Assembly: GCA_038496445.1 (NCBI GenBank)
Contig: JALMLS010000480.1
Coordinates: forward strand, 124,001 to 188,000
DNA length: 64,000 nucleotides
From: Trichosphaerium sp. ATCC 40318
Lineage: Eukaryota; Protista; Tubulinea
Direction of reading: 5' to 3'
Shown here: one piece after another, positions 63,156 through 64,000 of the stretch
How the letters are laid out: the number at the start of each line of letters is the position of its first letter
How positions within the stretch are numbered: position 1 is the stretch's first letter
The notes under the pieces: model-generated
The model's database searches: none
Told to the model about the DNA's origin: nothing
The model's input: only the letters and a program-made list of their open reading frames with translations
Made by a program: the position numbers and the translations under genes

Positions 63156-63834
63156 TCAACAATCAATTAATTGGTTGCTCTCAACCTCTGGTTCTGAACC
63201 TGGTGTACTATCTTCCTGAGCATTGTCTTCTAAATATCGAATAAAAAACTGTCACTTCATACTTGAAGATAAAAAAATTATTTTAAACACGTGGTTACAT
63301 ACGCGCAAGTAACGCAATACGAAGGTAAATTGCAAAAAAAAATAAATCTCTGAAGCAAAAATAAAATAGAAATTCTATCAGGTATTAGAGACGTACCTTC
63401 TCCAAACACTCCTCCTGCTTTCTCTTTGAGCTCTGGTGGTAAATTTCTAGGTATTTGTTTTAGGATTTTTGGCAAACTGAGCCCAAAAAAAAAAAAACAC
63501 TATCGAAGTCTCAGACAACGAGCTAGTTAACTAAAGTAATCTAGAACCACGTGGACTGTAAATACCCATAACGGATGCGTATTAATCAGTCTGTTAAAAT
63601 CGATAATGTGACTATAAAGCTCCGTATACCACGTGTGTGTATTATTAACCGTTACTGAGTAATATAGGACGCCTCTAACGAAACCAAAAGGTAAAAACAA
63701 AAAAAGTTACGTTACCTTGCATCAAAAGAACCGTCGGGGTTATAACCCACGTGACCAGCATGTTGAAAACCGCTAGGACCTGATATTGAAAAGGTTACAG
63801 GCGCTTGTTTCTTCTTAGACCCAAAGGCTCCCAT
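63156..63834 (-). CDS. Small N-myristoylation-motif CRIB (Cdc42/Rac-binding) protein
   Basis: MGAFGSKKKQ...ISGPSGFQHAGHVGYNPDGSFDARNLPPELK; acidic tail; stop 63156-63158; 3 exons. Confidence 0.8.
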
Positions 63835-64000
63835 TATATGTGGACTAGAACTACAGTTAGGCTTGCCAAATTTCTTTAATGTTGTTTTGTGTTTTCAAAC
63901 TAAATTTCTTTCGGTTTTACGGGTGATTGTGGTCGATTTGGTATAGTTAAGCGTATTTTCTATTAACCCAATACAACCATAAAATCAAAACAATGTTAAA

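Larger units (their letters stand above)
409..63753. repeat. Highly iterated palindrome CACGTG (E-box/G-box core), dispersed
   Basis: About 82 copies counted by eye (e.g. 409, 1098, 7992, 12257, 20659, 23798, 35992, 48746, 55621, 59401, 63748); often extended to TCACGTGA. Confidence 0.9.

Noticed and set aside
331-63475. Many 60-160-aa ORFs rich in F/K runs or antisense to called exons
   Set aside because: They are read-through into poly-T/poly-A introns or shadows of real exons.

Overview
AT-rich (~1/3 GC), gene-dense eukaryotic nuclear DNA with many short GT-AG introns (donors often GTACGT/GTATGT), read with the standard code. The gene set (class C GPCRs, PA-domain multi-pass receptor, GH114) suggests a free-living protist, possibly an amoebozoan (inference). 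Most short ORFs in the supplied track are single exons or antisense shadows. I spliced about 24 genes by hand, so boundaries are approximate. They include two class C GPCRs, a Sec23/24-like protein, a divergent actin-related protein, GST, GH114, an MRH protein, a CRIB microprotein, two tandem C-type-lectin-like receptors and about seven F-box or F-box-like proteins. Main findings: (1) three dispersed, intronless F-box-LRR genes with a hypervariable concave face, a same-length but unrelated 21-codon loop and apparent repeat exchange between loci, a candidate diversifying recognition system; (2) 2OG-Fe(II) dioxygenase-F-box fusions, one with intact metal ligands plus a RhoGEF DH domain and one apparent pseudo-enzyme; (3) a SPRY-RCC1-PARP (H-Y-E) fusion; (4) the palindrome CACGTG at about 82 copies versus 5-6 expected, in promoters, introns and exons; (5) a secreted Arg-rich six-Cys hairpin peptide; (6) a structured element in a paralogue-specific intron; (7) decayed, intron-retaining copies of genes from the same window in the spacers. 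No rRNA, tRNA, CRISPR array or autonomous transposon was recognised.
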